This document shows, in pieces, positions 15,872-24,013 of a stretch of DNA of 64,000 nucleotides. How positions within the stretch are numbered: position 1 is the stretch's first letter; each line of letters begins with the position of its first letter. The stretch is from an uncultured Candidatus Sumerlaeota bacterium (GTDB taxonomy: Bacteria > Sumerlaeota > Sumerlaeia > MVZB01 > JAJFLK01). Below the pieces are notes generated by a model. It made no database searches. It had not been told where the DNA came from and was given only the letters and a program-made list of their open reading frames with translations. The stretch covers positions 152,423-216,422 of the forward strand of contig CAZRCZ010000003.1 of the NCBI GenBank assembly GCA_964598765.1. Reading direction: 5' to 3'. Made by a program: the position numbers and the translations under genes.

Positions 15872-17100
15872 AATCGTTCAATCGTCCCCTGACGCTCTTT
15901 TCGCTTCTCGTTTTGCTCGTGACGATTTCGATCCTCTTTTGGCTTCGCTCGCGCACCGCGCGCGGATTGGAGCAGAGCGTCGCCAACGTCGTTGCCTCCT
16001 TCAATCCTCCGCAATCCGTTCTGGGGGAGCCGACGTTTCCCCTTGCCAATTTCGAACTCGCCGAAACGCTGGTCCAGAACGCCAAGCGCAATCCGTTTAT
16101 CCGGAACGTAATCGTCACGAAATCGCTGGCGGGGGCTTCGGGGTCGGAAGCTGAAGCGCCCATCGTCCCGTTTGATCTGCTCGCAAGCGCGGGACCTCGT
16201 TGGCGAGACCCTTTGACCGCTATGCGGGTGCTTCCCTTACAATCGGGCGGCAACATCTATGGTCATCTCTATCTCGATCTGGATCGCTCGGCGATTCGGA
16301 GCGTGAATTGGGCCATCGGCTCGGCGTCGGTCGCGCTGGCGACAACCCTGCTCATGCTCCTCGCCCGGCTCTTTTCACAGGAGACGACGATCCAGCGCGT
16401 CGGTTCCGAATTGGATCAACGCAAGCGCGAACTGATTCGTCTCGAACGCCTTGCGCTGGCCGGTCAACTCACCGCCAATTTGATCCACGACCTGAAAAAA
16501 CCAGTCTTGAGCGTCCGGCACAGTTTGGAGGATTGGGAGCGGAAACCGGATAAGGAACAGTTTCCATTGACCGAGACGCGGGATCAAATCGCGCTCTTCT
16601 TTCAAATGCTGAATGACACGGGGTTGGAGCGGTTCGTCAAATCCGACCGCGCGCAGGAGGAATACGTGGACCTCAACGAAATTCTTCGATCCTCGCTCAA
16701 GCTGGTCCACTACGAGCGCGGCGCGGTTCAGGTCGTCGAGCGATTCGCGCCGGATCTTCCTTCGGTCCTCGCCCAACCGTTTCGGCTCGTGCAGGTTTTT
16801 TCCAATTTGATCCTCAACGCCTACCAAGCCATGCGCGGGAAGGGAACGCTGACGTTGGAGACGCTTCCCGCTCAGGGAGGCGTCGAAATCCTCGTAACCG
16901 ACGACGGACCGGGGATCAAGCCCGAAATTTTGGCTTCCGTTTTTGATCCCTTTTTCACCACCAAGCCCGAATCGGAAGGCTCCGGCCTCGGACTTGCAAT
17001 CAGCCGTCTGATCATTGAGGAACTCAAGGGGAAGATTGAAGTGGACTCCAAGGAAAGGGGACCGACGACGTTTCGCGTCCGGTTGCCTGCGGAGCGGTGA
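15868..17100 (+). CDS. Sensor histidine kinase
   Basis: H-box 'LIHDLKKP', N-box 'NLILNAYQAM', G1 'DDGPGI', G2 'GSGLGLAI', and an N-terminal TM segment. Confidence 0.85.
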   Translation: MKSFNRPLTLFSLLVLLVTISILFWLRSRTARGLEQSVANVVASFNPPQSVLGEPTFPLANFELAETLVQNAKRNPFIRNVIVTKSLAGASGSEAEAPIVPFDLLASAGPRWRDPLTAMRVLPLQSGGNIYGHLYLDLDRSAIRSVNWAIGSASVALATTLLMLLARLFSQETTIQRVGSELDQRKRELIRLERLALAGQLTANLIHDLKKPVLSVRHSLEDWERKPDKEQFPLTETRDQIALFFQMLNDTGLERFVKSDRAQEEYVDLNEILRSSLKLVHYERGAVQVVERFAPDLPSVLAQPFRLVQVFSNLILNAYQAMRGKGTLTLETLPAQGGVEILVTDDGPGIKPEILASVFDPFFTTKPESEGSGLGLAISRLIIEELKGKIEVDSKERGPTTFRVRLPAER

Positions 17101-17124
17101 TCGCCGAGCCTAGCATTTTTTTAC

Positions 17125-17209
17125 GAATTCGACTGATCCTCCTTGCGTCTCTGCGCCTTTGCGTTTTTTTTCGAAAAATCTCACGCAGAGGCGCGGAAGC
17201 GCAGAGAAA
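17125..17209. repeat. Octamer-hairpin repeat between convergent kinase and higA
   Basis: 'gaattcgactgatcctccttgcgtctctgcgcctttgcg' + T8 + 'cgaaaaatctcacgcagaggcgcggaagcgcagag'. The arms are partly complementary. The first 17 nt are identical to 18605-18621. Confidence 0.75.
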
Positions 17210-17234
17210 AAAGCTTCCTTTCGACCTTGCGCGC

Positions 17235-17534
17235 TCAAGCCGTCGCCAAGGGTTGAACCGAGCGCAGGCGTCGCCGGATGGACCGCTCGGCGATTTTCAG
17301 GTCGTAGGCAGACTGAAGGTTGAGCCAGTATTGGGGCGATTGACCGAAAGCTCGACCGAAGAGCAAGGCCAACTCCGCCGTCACGGGGCGGGTCCCTTTG
17401 ACGACGTGCGAAACGCGCATCGGCGAAATCCCGATCGCGCGGGCAAACTCCGCCTGCGACAAGTCAAGTTCCTTCAATCCCTCTTTCACAAATTCTCCCG
17501 GGTGGACGGGGGGCAATCCGCTCTTGATGGTCAT
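17235..17534 (-). CDS. higA: HigA-family antitoxin (XRE-type HTH)
   Basis: 'PVHPGEFVKEGLKELDLSQAEFARAIGISPMRVSHVVKGTRPVTAELALLFGRAFGQSPQYWLNLQ' is a canonical HigA sequence. Confidence 0.9.
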   Translation of the reverse strand: MTIKSGLPPVHPGEFVKEGLKELDLSQAEFARAIGISPMRVSHVVKGTRPVTAELALLFGRAFGQSPQYWLNLQSAYDLKIAERSIRRRLRSVQPLATA

Positions 17535-17545
17535 GACGATCCTCC

Positions 17546-17827
17546 TCAGTGATAATCCACAATTTCAACGTCAAATGCGTCGCCTTCTTCGAGGCGAAAA
17601 CAAAGGCGCCATCGCTCGTTGATTCGGATGCTCCAATGTCCCACTCGGTCGTTTCTCAATCGCTCCAGATGGTTTGACGGCGGAAACCGCAGATCATTCA
17701 GCGATGTCGCCGCGTTCAATTGGGTTAATCTCATGATCGCCCGCTTCTGAATTTGGAAGGGGAACCGGCGGGATTTCCCCGTAGTGAAAAACCGTTCCGT
17801 CTCCGGGCAGGCAAAGGAGCAAATCAC
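17546..17827 (-). CDS. higB: HigB-family toxin (RelE/ParE superfamily, proteic killer)
   Basis: '...LNDLRFPPSNHLERLRNDRVGHWSIRINERWRLCFRLEEGDAFDVEIVDYH' is a canonical HigB C-terminus. Lies 12 nt upstream of higA. Confidence 0.9.
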   Translation of the reverse strand: MICSFACPETERFFTTGKSRRFPFQIQKRAIMRLTQLNAATSLNDLRFPPSNHLERLRNDRVGHWSIRINERWRLCFRLEEGDAFDVEIVDYH

Positions 17828-17833
17828 GGCCAG

Positions 17834-17862
17834 AGTCTAAACTATTTGTTTACTATTGTCAA
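17834..17862 (-). promoter_or_regulatory. Candidate sigma70-like promoter for higBA, possibly giving a leaderless transcript
   Basis: On the minus strand: TTGACA (17862-17857), a 17-nt spacer, then TAGACT (17839-17834). The higB ATG at 17827 lies only 6 nt after the -10 hexamer. Confidence 0.3.
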
Positions 17863-17926
17863 TGATAACGCATGGAACGTGGTGCGGGTTGTCAAAGCAC
17901 ATGCGAAAGGGTAAATTAAACGGCAA

Positions 17927-18616
17927 ATGATCCCCCTCCGCGAAAAGCGCCGCGAGGTTTTGCTGGATTTGATTCCGCTAATCGCCGTTTGGGTTTCCCT
18001 GATTTGTGCCTTTGCCCTCAAGGATGAGTTCCTGAGAAGAAGCATTGCAATCCTCACTGTCATCTACGGACCACTCTTGGCTTCCGTCTATGCCATATCA
18101 CTGATGCGCGTTCGCATCTTGCGCCTCGCGGATAGAAAACGGCGGCAGGAATTAGCAGTGACACTCCTTCCCGCCTTGACTTATATGCAATGGCAAATTC
18201 GACGACCCCTCAGCCGATTATCGATGCCAGCCTTGACGGTTGTCCCAGTTTCATTGGGGCTCAACTTTTCTTGGTCCTATGATTGGTGGGAATGCTTCGG
18301 TTCGTCATTGATGGTGGTCGGTCTGCAAGTCTGGACGGTCTTCTGCGCCATGCTCGCCGTTCTTGACATGCTTATTCGTTTCAGCGCGTCAAAAGTGCCA
18401 ACGACTCTTTCGCCACTTATTTCCCTTTGGTGGTGCACCATTCTGTTTGGATGCCCAATCCTTGTTGCCGTTTTCTTCAATTTGGTTGAATGGCCGAATG
18501 CCGTTTCCTTCTACGCAGTTGGAGCGGCCTTTTTTCTGATCTTCCCCTATGGCCTTTGGATCATCGTTCGAAGAAAATGGGTGAAGGCTTGCATGTCGTT
18601 CTATGAATTCGACTGA
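17927..18616 (+). CDS. Hypothetical polytopic membrane protein
   Basis: 229-aa ORF with several hydrophobic helices and no recognisable motif. Hand-counted lines are about 48% G+C, AT-richer than the neighbours. Confidence 0.55.
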   Translation: MIPLREKRREVLLDLIPLIAVWVSLICAFALKDEFLRRSIAILTVIYGPLLASVYAISLMRVRILRLADRKRRQELAVTLLPALTYMQWQIRRPLSRLSMPALTVVPVSLGLNFSWSYDWWECFGSSLMVVGLQVWTVFCAMLAVLDMLIRFSASKVPTTLSPLISLWWCTILFGCPILVAVFFNLVEWPNAVSFYAVGAAFFLIFPYGLWIIVRRKWVKACMSFYEFD

Positions 18617-18676
18617 TCCTCGCTTGCGCCTTCGCGCTTTTTTCTGAAGAATCTAGCGCAGAGCCGCGAAGGAAAA
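18605..18676. repeat. Octamer-hairpin repeat whose left end overlaps the stop of 17927-18616
   Basis: 'gaattcgactgatcctcgcttgcgccttcgcgc...gcgcagagccgcgaagg'. The stem is 'ccttcgcg'/'cgcgaagg'. The left end is identical to 17125-17141. Confidence 0.7.
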
Positions 18677-18731
18677 ATCCGCCTTGCCAATCCCTCCCGA
18701 TTTGATACAGATAGATTCAGGCAACTGAGCG

Positions 18732-20378
18732 ATGTCCAAGACCACGACCGTCGGCAAATATCTCGTGCGCAGGCTGGAGCAGGCCGGACTGCGGCACGTC
18801 TTCGGCATCCCCGGCGATTACGTTCTCTCTTTTTACGATCTGCTCGAAGCGAGTCCGATGGAAGTCATCGGGACCTGCACGGAAGCGGGCGCGGCGTTCG
18901 CCGCCGACGCTTATGCGCGGGTCAACGGCTTGGGGGCGATTTGCGTTACCTATTGCGTCGGCGGGCTGAACACGATCAACGCCGTCGCCGGAGCCTACGC
19001 CGAAAAGTCGCCGGTTATCGTCATCAGCGGCGCGCCGGGTCTGGGCGAGCGCGTCCGCCATCCCCTTCTTCATCACCGCGTCCGCGAGTTCAACACCCAA
19101 CGGCAGATTTTTGAAAAAATCACCGTTGCCGCCATCGCGCTCGAAGACCCGGCCACCGCGCCGGAGCAAATTGACGAGGCGATCTCCGCCTGTCTGCGAT
19201 TCAAGCGTCCGGTCTATATCGAACTTCCGCGCGACGTCGTGTCGCAACCGTGCAAGGCTCCGGATCATCAAAAGGCGCCGGCGCCGAAAAGCGATCCTGA
19301 CGCGTTGAAAGAAGCCCTGAGCGAAGCGACGGCGATGTTGCGCCGCGCCGAGCGACCCGCCATTCTGGCCGGCGTGGAAATTCACCGATTCGGCCTGCAA
19401 GAGCAACTTCTGCAATTGATCGAGCGATCACGATTGCCCGTCGCTTCGACGCTACTCGGCAAATCCATCGTGAGCGAACTTCATCCGCAATACTTGGGCG
19501 TTTATGAGGGGGCGATGGGGCATGAAAGCGTCCGGCAGGCGATTGAGAAGGCCGATTGTCTTCTCATTCTCGGCGCGTTCATGACCGACATCAACATGGG
19601 CGTTTGGACGGCGCGGCTCGACGTGGCGCGGAGCATCAACGCGAATTCCGAACAGATTGAGATCAAGCATCACCAATTCGACGGGATCGTCTTGGGGGAT
19701 TTCATTCGCGGCCTGACCAAAAATCTCGCCGGATCGAAACGCAAACTGTCTCGAATCCCCAAATCCGAGCCGATTCCGTTTCGGCCCCGCCCGAAAAATC
19801 GGATCACCGTCCGCCGCTTTTTCTCCCGCATGAATGATTTCTTGGAGGACGACATGATCGTCATCGCCGACATCGGCGACAGTCTATTCGGCGCGGCGGA
19901 TTTGACGATCCACCGGCGGACCGAATTTCTAAGCCCCGCTTATTATACCTCGATGGGTTTCGCCGTTCCGGCGGCGCTCGGCGCGCAAATCGGCAAACGG
20001 AAATTGCGCCCCGTCGTCTTCGTCGGCGACGGCGCGTTTCAAATGACCGGACAGGAGCTTTCGCCCATCGCCACGCGCGGATTGAATCCGATAGTCTTCG
20101 TTCTCAACAACAAAGGTTACACGACCGAGCGTTACATTCACGACGGGCCTTACAACGACCTCCGCGAGTGGGCGTATCATCGCTGGCCGGAGTTGCTCGA
20201 CGCCGGATGGGGAACCGAGGTTTCAACCGAGGGGGGATTGGAATCCGCGCTCATCGTGGCGCGAAAAAACACGAAAAGCCTTTCGATCATCAACGTTCAT
20301 CTGGATAAATTCGACCGCTCCGAAGCGCTGGAACGCCTCGGCAAACGTCTGGCCAAACAGGGCGGACTAAAGAACTGA
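18732..20378 (+). CDS. Thiamine-diphosphate-dependent 2-keto-acid decarboxylase (indolepyruvate/phenylpyruvate/pyruvate decarboxylase family)
   Basis: N-terminal 'VGKYLVRRLEQAGLRHVFGIPGDYVLSFYD' and the TPP-binding region 'FVGDGAFQMTGQELS...VLNNKGYTTER'. Confidence 0.8.
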   Translation: MSKTTTVGKYLVRRLEQAGLRHVFGIPGDYVLSFYDLLEASPMEVIGTCTEAGAAFAADAYARVNGLGAICVTYCVGGLNTINAVAGAYAEKSPVIVISGAPGLGERVRHPLLHHRVREFNTQRQIFEKITVAAIALEDPATAPEQIDEAISACLRFKRPVYIELPRDVVSQPCKAPDHQKAPAPKSDPDALKEALSEATAMLRRAERPAILAGVEIHRFGLQEQLLQLIERSRLPVASTLLGKSIVSELHPQYLGVYEGAMGHESVRQAIEKADCLLILGAFMTDINMGVWTARLDVARSINANSEQIEIKHHQFDGIVLGDFIRGLTKNLAGSKRKLSRIPKSEPIPFRPRPKNRITVRRFFSRMNDFLEDDMIVIADIGDSLFGAADLTIHRRTEFLSPAYYTSMGFAVPAALGAQIGKRKLRPVVFVGDGAFQMTGQELSPIATRGLNPIVFVLNNKGYTTERYIHDGPYNDLREWAYHRWPELLDAGWGTEVSTEGGLESALIVARKNTKSLSIINVHLDKFDRSEALERLGKRLAKQGGLKN

Positions 20379-20452
20379 CGGCCGGTCACCTCCAAACTCC
20401 AAACTCGGCCTCTTCGCAAGGATCCTATTCCCAGCCCCATTCCCAGCCGCTT

Positions 20453-20735
20453 CAGCGGCGGCATAATTTTAGCCCCATGCGGAAGCGTGGGGTTGACATT
20501 ACATTCTTACCAAATCCCAGCCCCGGCAGGAGCGGCATAAATTCGGCTTCCCCCGGCCTCAGCCGCGTCAGCGGCGACATAATCTTAGCCCCATGCGGAA
20601 GCGTGGGGTTGACATTACATTCTTACCAAATCCCAGCTCCGGCAGGAGCGGCATAATTTTAGCCCCATGCGGAACCGTGGGGACCGAGGAATGACCCAAC
20701 CCAAATTGAGCCGCGGGAGCGGCGACATAAATCTG
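20453..20735. repeat. Tandem array, about 116-bp period, built from small hairpin modules
   Basis: 20453-20540 matches 20569-20656 with 3 mismatches in 88 nt. The module 'agccccatgcggaa[gc]cgtgggg' occurs 3 times and 'agcggcg.cataa' occurs 5 times. Confidence 0.85.
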
Positions 20736-20866
20736 GCACCGGCTCCCGTCCCGCATCCCACGCAGGCCGGGTTACGGGCGTGGTTGAATTAGAAATGGAG
20801 TCAACGTCTCGCTTTGTCCGCGTCCCGCTTTGCCCCTCGCGTCGTTCCCGTCGCGCCATGGTTCAG

Positions 20867-21784
20867 TCAATCAGCTAGAGGCGACATTGAAGAGTCCAAA
20901 AGTGGATTGGGTGATTTTGCCCTCTTCTCGATTATCCGCTCCACATCTTGGATAGATTTGACAATATCCTCCGGGGTTCGTGGCGAGTAAGAAATAACTG
21001 GGACCACGCCTATTCTTTTCTTCTGTGTCTCGATTTCGTTGAGGCGCGTTCTGGCGTCGTCAAAGCGACTAAGAAAAGTAAGGCAAAGGGCCTCCACGAA
21101 GGACAATTCCGGTTCTTGGATTCTTGCACTCCTCATTCTTTCAAAGCATTCTGTCGCCTGCTGATAAAATTGGACTTTTCCAGTCACACAGCCGAGATAG
21201 TAGTAGGCATACGGCCAATCCGGTAATTGCCGCGTGATACCCGCAAGCTCCGATTCTGCGGCATCTGGTTTGCCATCATTGACAAACTTGATAGCCCGAC
21301 TAAGTGGTTGGTAGATCACCGACTCATTGCTTGAGGGTTGGGAACTGGTGGTCCACCTTGAGCCTCCTTGTACTGTAATCTCAATTCCCATGGGGTATAT
21401 GTCCGCAATCTTCCGCAACATTGGAAAGGCGGCTTGCGCGGCCACTTTTTTGATCTCTTCCTGAGCTTCCTGAAGTTTCGAGTCCACCGTTAAGAGATCA
21501 TCTGCGAGTTGTCGCATTGCTTTGGGATCCGAACTTGAGAATTTCTCGATCGCGATCGCGTTGAAAGGAGCGATTTCGGTCTGAAGTTCGCTAATCCTTT
21601 TGTCTTTTTCCCTGATTTCGCTTTCTAATTTTGGGATTTTCAAGAATAGAAAATAAAGCCACAAGACGATGGCTAGGTCAAATATGAACGCCCTAATCGG
21701 GTGGCTTTTCCAGAGCGCAAAATGATCTTCCCACTCAAGTAGGAATCGCTTGGTTAACGTTCCTTGGGCGGGATTCTTACTCAT
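20867..21784 (-). CDS. Hypothetical protein with an N-terminal TM helix, a coiled-coil and a helical-repeat C-terminus
   Basis: 305-aa ORF: 'IFDLAIVLWLYFLFL' TM, heptad-like 'ESEIREKDKRISELQTEI', no catalytic motif recognised. About 47% G+C on a hand-counted line. Confidence 0.55.
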   Translation of the reverse strand: MSKNPAQGTLTKRFLLEWEDHFALWKSHPIRAFIFDLAIVLWLYFLFLKIPKLESEIREKDKRISELQTEIAPFNAIAIEKFSSSDPKAMRQLADDLLTVDSKLQEAQEEIKKVAAQAAFPMLRKIADIYPMGIEITVQGGSRWTTSSQPSSNESVIYQPLSRAIKFVNDGKPDAAESELAGITRQLPDWPYAYYYLGCVTGKVQFYQQATECFERMRSARIQEPELSFVEALCLTFLSRFDDARTRLNEIETQKKRIGVVPVISYSPRTPEDIVKSIQDVERIIEKRAKSPNPLLDSSMSPLAD

Positions 21785-22001
21785 TCAATGCCCTTGCGTG
21801 ATCTAGTGCCAGAAGCAAGCTGAAGAATCCGCTCCCCAACCCGAGCGATTTTTCGGCGTCGTCGTAGGTCAGGACGACGACCGTTCCGGGCTGGACTTTC
21901 TTGACGAGGGATTTGAGATCGGCGGGGTCCTCGGCGGGGAGGGACAGGGATGCGAGAAGCAGGAGGAGAAAGCCGATAATATGAGGCGAACGAAAACGCA
22001 T
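21777..22001 (-). pseudogene. N-terminal remnant of an HtrA/DegP-like (S1C) serine protease
   Basis: Signal peptide 'IIGFLLLLLASLSLPA', then 'LVKKVQPGTVVVLTYDDAEKSLGLGSGFF', which is typical of the start of the S1C protease domain. Similarity stops abruptly near 21820 and no catalytic His/Asp/Ser region follows. Confidence 0.45.
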
Positions 22002-22056
22002 GGCGAAGAACCCTGCGCAAAATCGTAGGGATTAGGGGGAGGCGGGTCAAGGAGAA

Positions 22057-22140
22057 GAATTCAACGCAAGGCCGCGAGGGTGCGAAGACGCAAGCAGGAT
22101 CCGGCAACTTCCTTGCGTCTCTGCGGCTCTGCGTTAAAAT
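22057..22140. repeat. Octamer-hairpin repeat ('cgcaagg/cgcgagg' type)
   Basis: 'gaattcaacgcaaggccgcgagggtgcgaagacgcaag' faces 'cttgcgtctctgcggctctgcgttaaaat'. An imperfect inverted repeat with the conserved ends 'attcaacgc' and 'gcgttaa'. Confidence 0.8.
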
Positions 22141-22161
22141 ATATGGCAATCCAACGAATGA

Positions 22162-22374
22162 TTATCCCGTCGCGGCCAAACCGCGGGCTTGCTCGTCCAC
22201 GGCCCGGAGGATGGCTTGGATGGATTCGACCGCGGGTTTTTCAAAATACGGCTCGCCGCATTGTTCGCAAACCCAAGCCCTCACGTCGTCAAGAGTCAGA
22301 TGGATTCCCTTTCGATCCACGTGAAAGGGGACGCTTCCCCGCTTCATTTCACCTTGGCAATGCAAACATTTCAT
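22162..22374 (-). CDS. YgiT-type zinc-finger (MqsA-like N-terminal domain) antitoxin candidate
   Basis: 'MKCLHCQGEM...AWVCEQCGEPYFE' has two CxxC pairs. The ATG at 22374 overlaps the upstream gene's TGA (ATGA). The ORF is open to 22407. Confidence 0.7.
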   Translation of the reverse strand: MKCLHCQGEMKRGSVPFHVDRKGIHLTLDDVRAWVCEQCGEPYFEKPAVESIQAILRAVDEQARGLAATG

Positions 22375-22703
22375 CGTTTTGTCCTCCTTCTGAAATCGTC
22401 GGACCATTCGGCGGGTTCCGGCAGATACGCCGTGATGATGGCAAGGTAATGCTCTTTGGGCGCGCAGACGACGTGGATCGGTCTCTTTTCGCTTTCCCGA
22501 CCCAGCAAAAGCGAGCTGGGTCCCCTAGGATCATCCGGATAGTCTTCGATAATCTCTCCGCGTTCAATAATCACAGCCTCGACCTCAAGCGGGGTGATCA
22601 TCCGTTCCGGCCTCGACATCTGCCGCACCGCATGGGGCAGAAATAAAATCCTTTCCTTTGCGCTCCTGCGAATCGTTTTGAGAGAATCCTCATACCCCTT
22701 CAC
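22371..22703 (-). CDS. DUF4258 domain protein (toxin candidate)
   Basis: 'FLPHAVRQMSRPERMITPLEVEAVIIERGEIIEDYPDDPRGPSSLLLG...PIHVVCAP...IITAYLPEPAEW' fits the DUF4258 pattern. Confidence 0.75.
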   Translation of the reverse strand: MKGYEDSLKTIRRSAKERILFLPHAVRQMSRPERMITPLEVEAVIIERGEIIEDYPDDPRGPSSLLLGRESEKRPIHVVCAPKEHYLAIITAYLPEPAEWSDDFRRRTKR

Positions 22704-22905
22704 AACGCCAATTTATCAAAGGCATGTCCCATCCTCCACCACTTCTTGAGGTTTTCTTCGATGGCGAAAGGATTCAGTCAATGCAAGACAACGGCGACAA
22801 CGGGACAAATCGGACGTTCACCGTATTTTTAATTCAAACCGGCAAAAACCGTAGCCCGGACTGCATTCCGATTTTCCAACTCCGTCGGGATGGCAACGCG
22901 GTTAG

Positions 22906-23976
22906 CTAACCCGATTGAGTCGCCAGCTCGCGCGCCTTGGCGATGAGCGGCGGGACGGCAGGACCGAGCGCGGCGAAACGCTGGTCCTTCGTCTGTCCGC
23001 GAACGAAGCGGACGTAGATTTGCTCCAACACCACCGCGTTCTTGAAAAGCGCGAATGCTTCGTAGTAGCCGATCCGCGAGAGATCAAATCCCGTTTTTTC
23101 CGCGTAGCGGTTCACGATTTGTTCGCGGGTCAAAAATCCGGACATCTGCGTCGGAATCAGTCGTCGTCCGTCGCTTCCGGGAAGATGAACGTGCGCCCAA
23201 TAGGTGAGCGTCGTTCCGAAGTCAATCAGCGGATCGCCGATCGTACACATTTCCCAATTAAATATTGAAGTGAACTTCCCCGGATCGTTGGGATCGGGCA
23301 TGACGTTGTCGAGTTTGAAATCGTTGTGGATCAACGAGGCGGCTTGGGGCGCGGGCATTTTCTCCAGAAACCAGCGGACCAATTCGTCAAGGTCGGAAAT
23401 CTCGCGCGTCTTGGCTTTCTCCCAGCGTCCCGCCCATCCCTTGATTTGCCGCTCGACGAATCCCTCCGGCTTGCCGAAACTTCCCAGCCCGACGGCGACG
23501 TAATCAATTTTGTGAAGCTGGGCGAGCGTGTCCACGAGCGATTCGCTGATTCTGCGGCGCAATTCGGGGTTGTCGCCCAGTTCGGCGGGCCATTCGTTGC
23601 GCAGGACGATTCCCTTTCTGCGCTCCATGACGATGAACGGCGCGCCGATGACACCCGTGTCCTCGCAAAAAAGAAAAACGCGCGGCGCGGCGGGAAAAAC
23701 CTTGTAGAGTTTGGAGAGGACCGCGTTCTCCCGTCCCATGTCGTGTGCCGTCGGCGCGACGGGACCCAACGGTGGTCGCCGCACGACGTATTCCTGCGCT
23801 CCGAACCGCGCAAGATAAGTTAAATTGGAATGGCCGCCGGGAAATTGGAAAATTTCAATCGGTCCGTCCGTGCCGGGCAACTTGCCTCGCAGATAATCGG
23901 CGAGTTTTTGATGATCGAATTCCTCGTCGGCGCGGATCGGCGCAAGTTCGGAAACGGCGTGGGATGAAGTGGCCAT
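22906..23976 (-). CDS. Phosphotransferase-family protein (APH/choline-kinase fold, ACAD10/11-type)
   Basis: 'GGHSNLTYL' near the N-terminus and the catalytic loop 'LIHNDFKLDNVM'. Confidence 0.8.
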   Translation of the reverse strand: MATSSHAVSELAPIRADEEFDHQKLADYLRGKLPGTDGPIEIFQFPGGHSNLTYLARFGAQEYVVRRPPLGPVAPTAHDMGRENAVLSKLYKVFPAAPRVFLFCEDTGVIGAPFIVMERRKGIVLRNEWPAELGDNPELRRRISESLVDTLAQLHKIDYVAVGLGSFGKPEGFVERQIKGWAGRWEKAKTREISDLDELVRWFLEKMPAPQAASLIHNDFKLDNVMPDPNDPGKFTSIFNWEMCTIGDPLIDFGTTLTYWAHVHLPGSDGRRLIPTQMSGFLTREQIVNRYAEKTGFDLSRIGYYEAFALFKNAVVLEQIYVRFVRGQTKDQRFAALGPAVPPLIAKARELATQSG

Positions 23977-24013
23977 AATCAGCTTTTCCTGATTCAGAAC
24001 GATAAGCCAGATG

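Noticed and set aside
20453-20735. Possible CRISPR array
   Set aside because: The repeating unit is about 116 bp with near-identical content throughout. There are no short constant repeats separated by unique spacers of regular length, and no cas genes lie in the window. It fits a tandem duplication of hairpin modules better.
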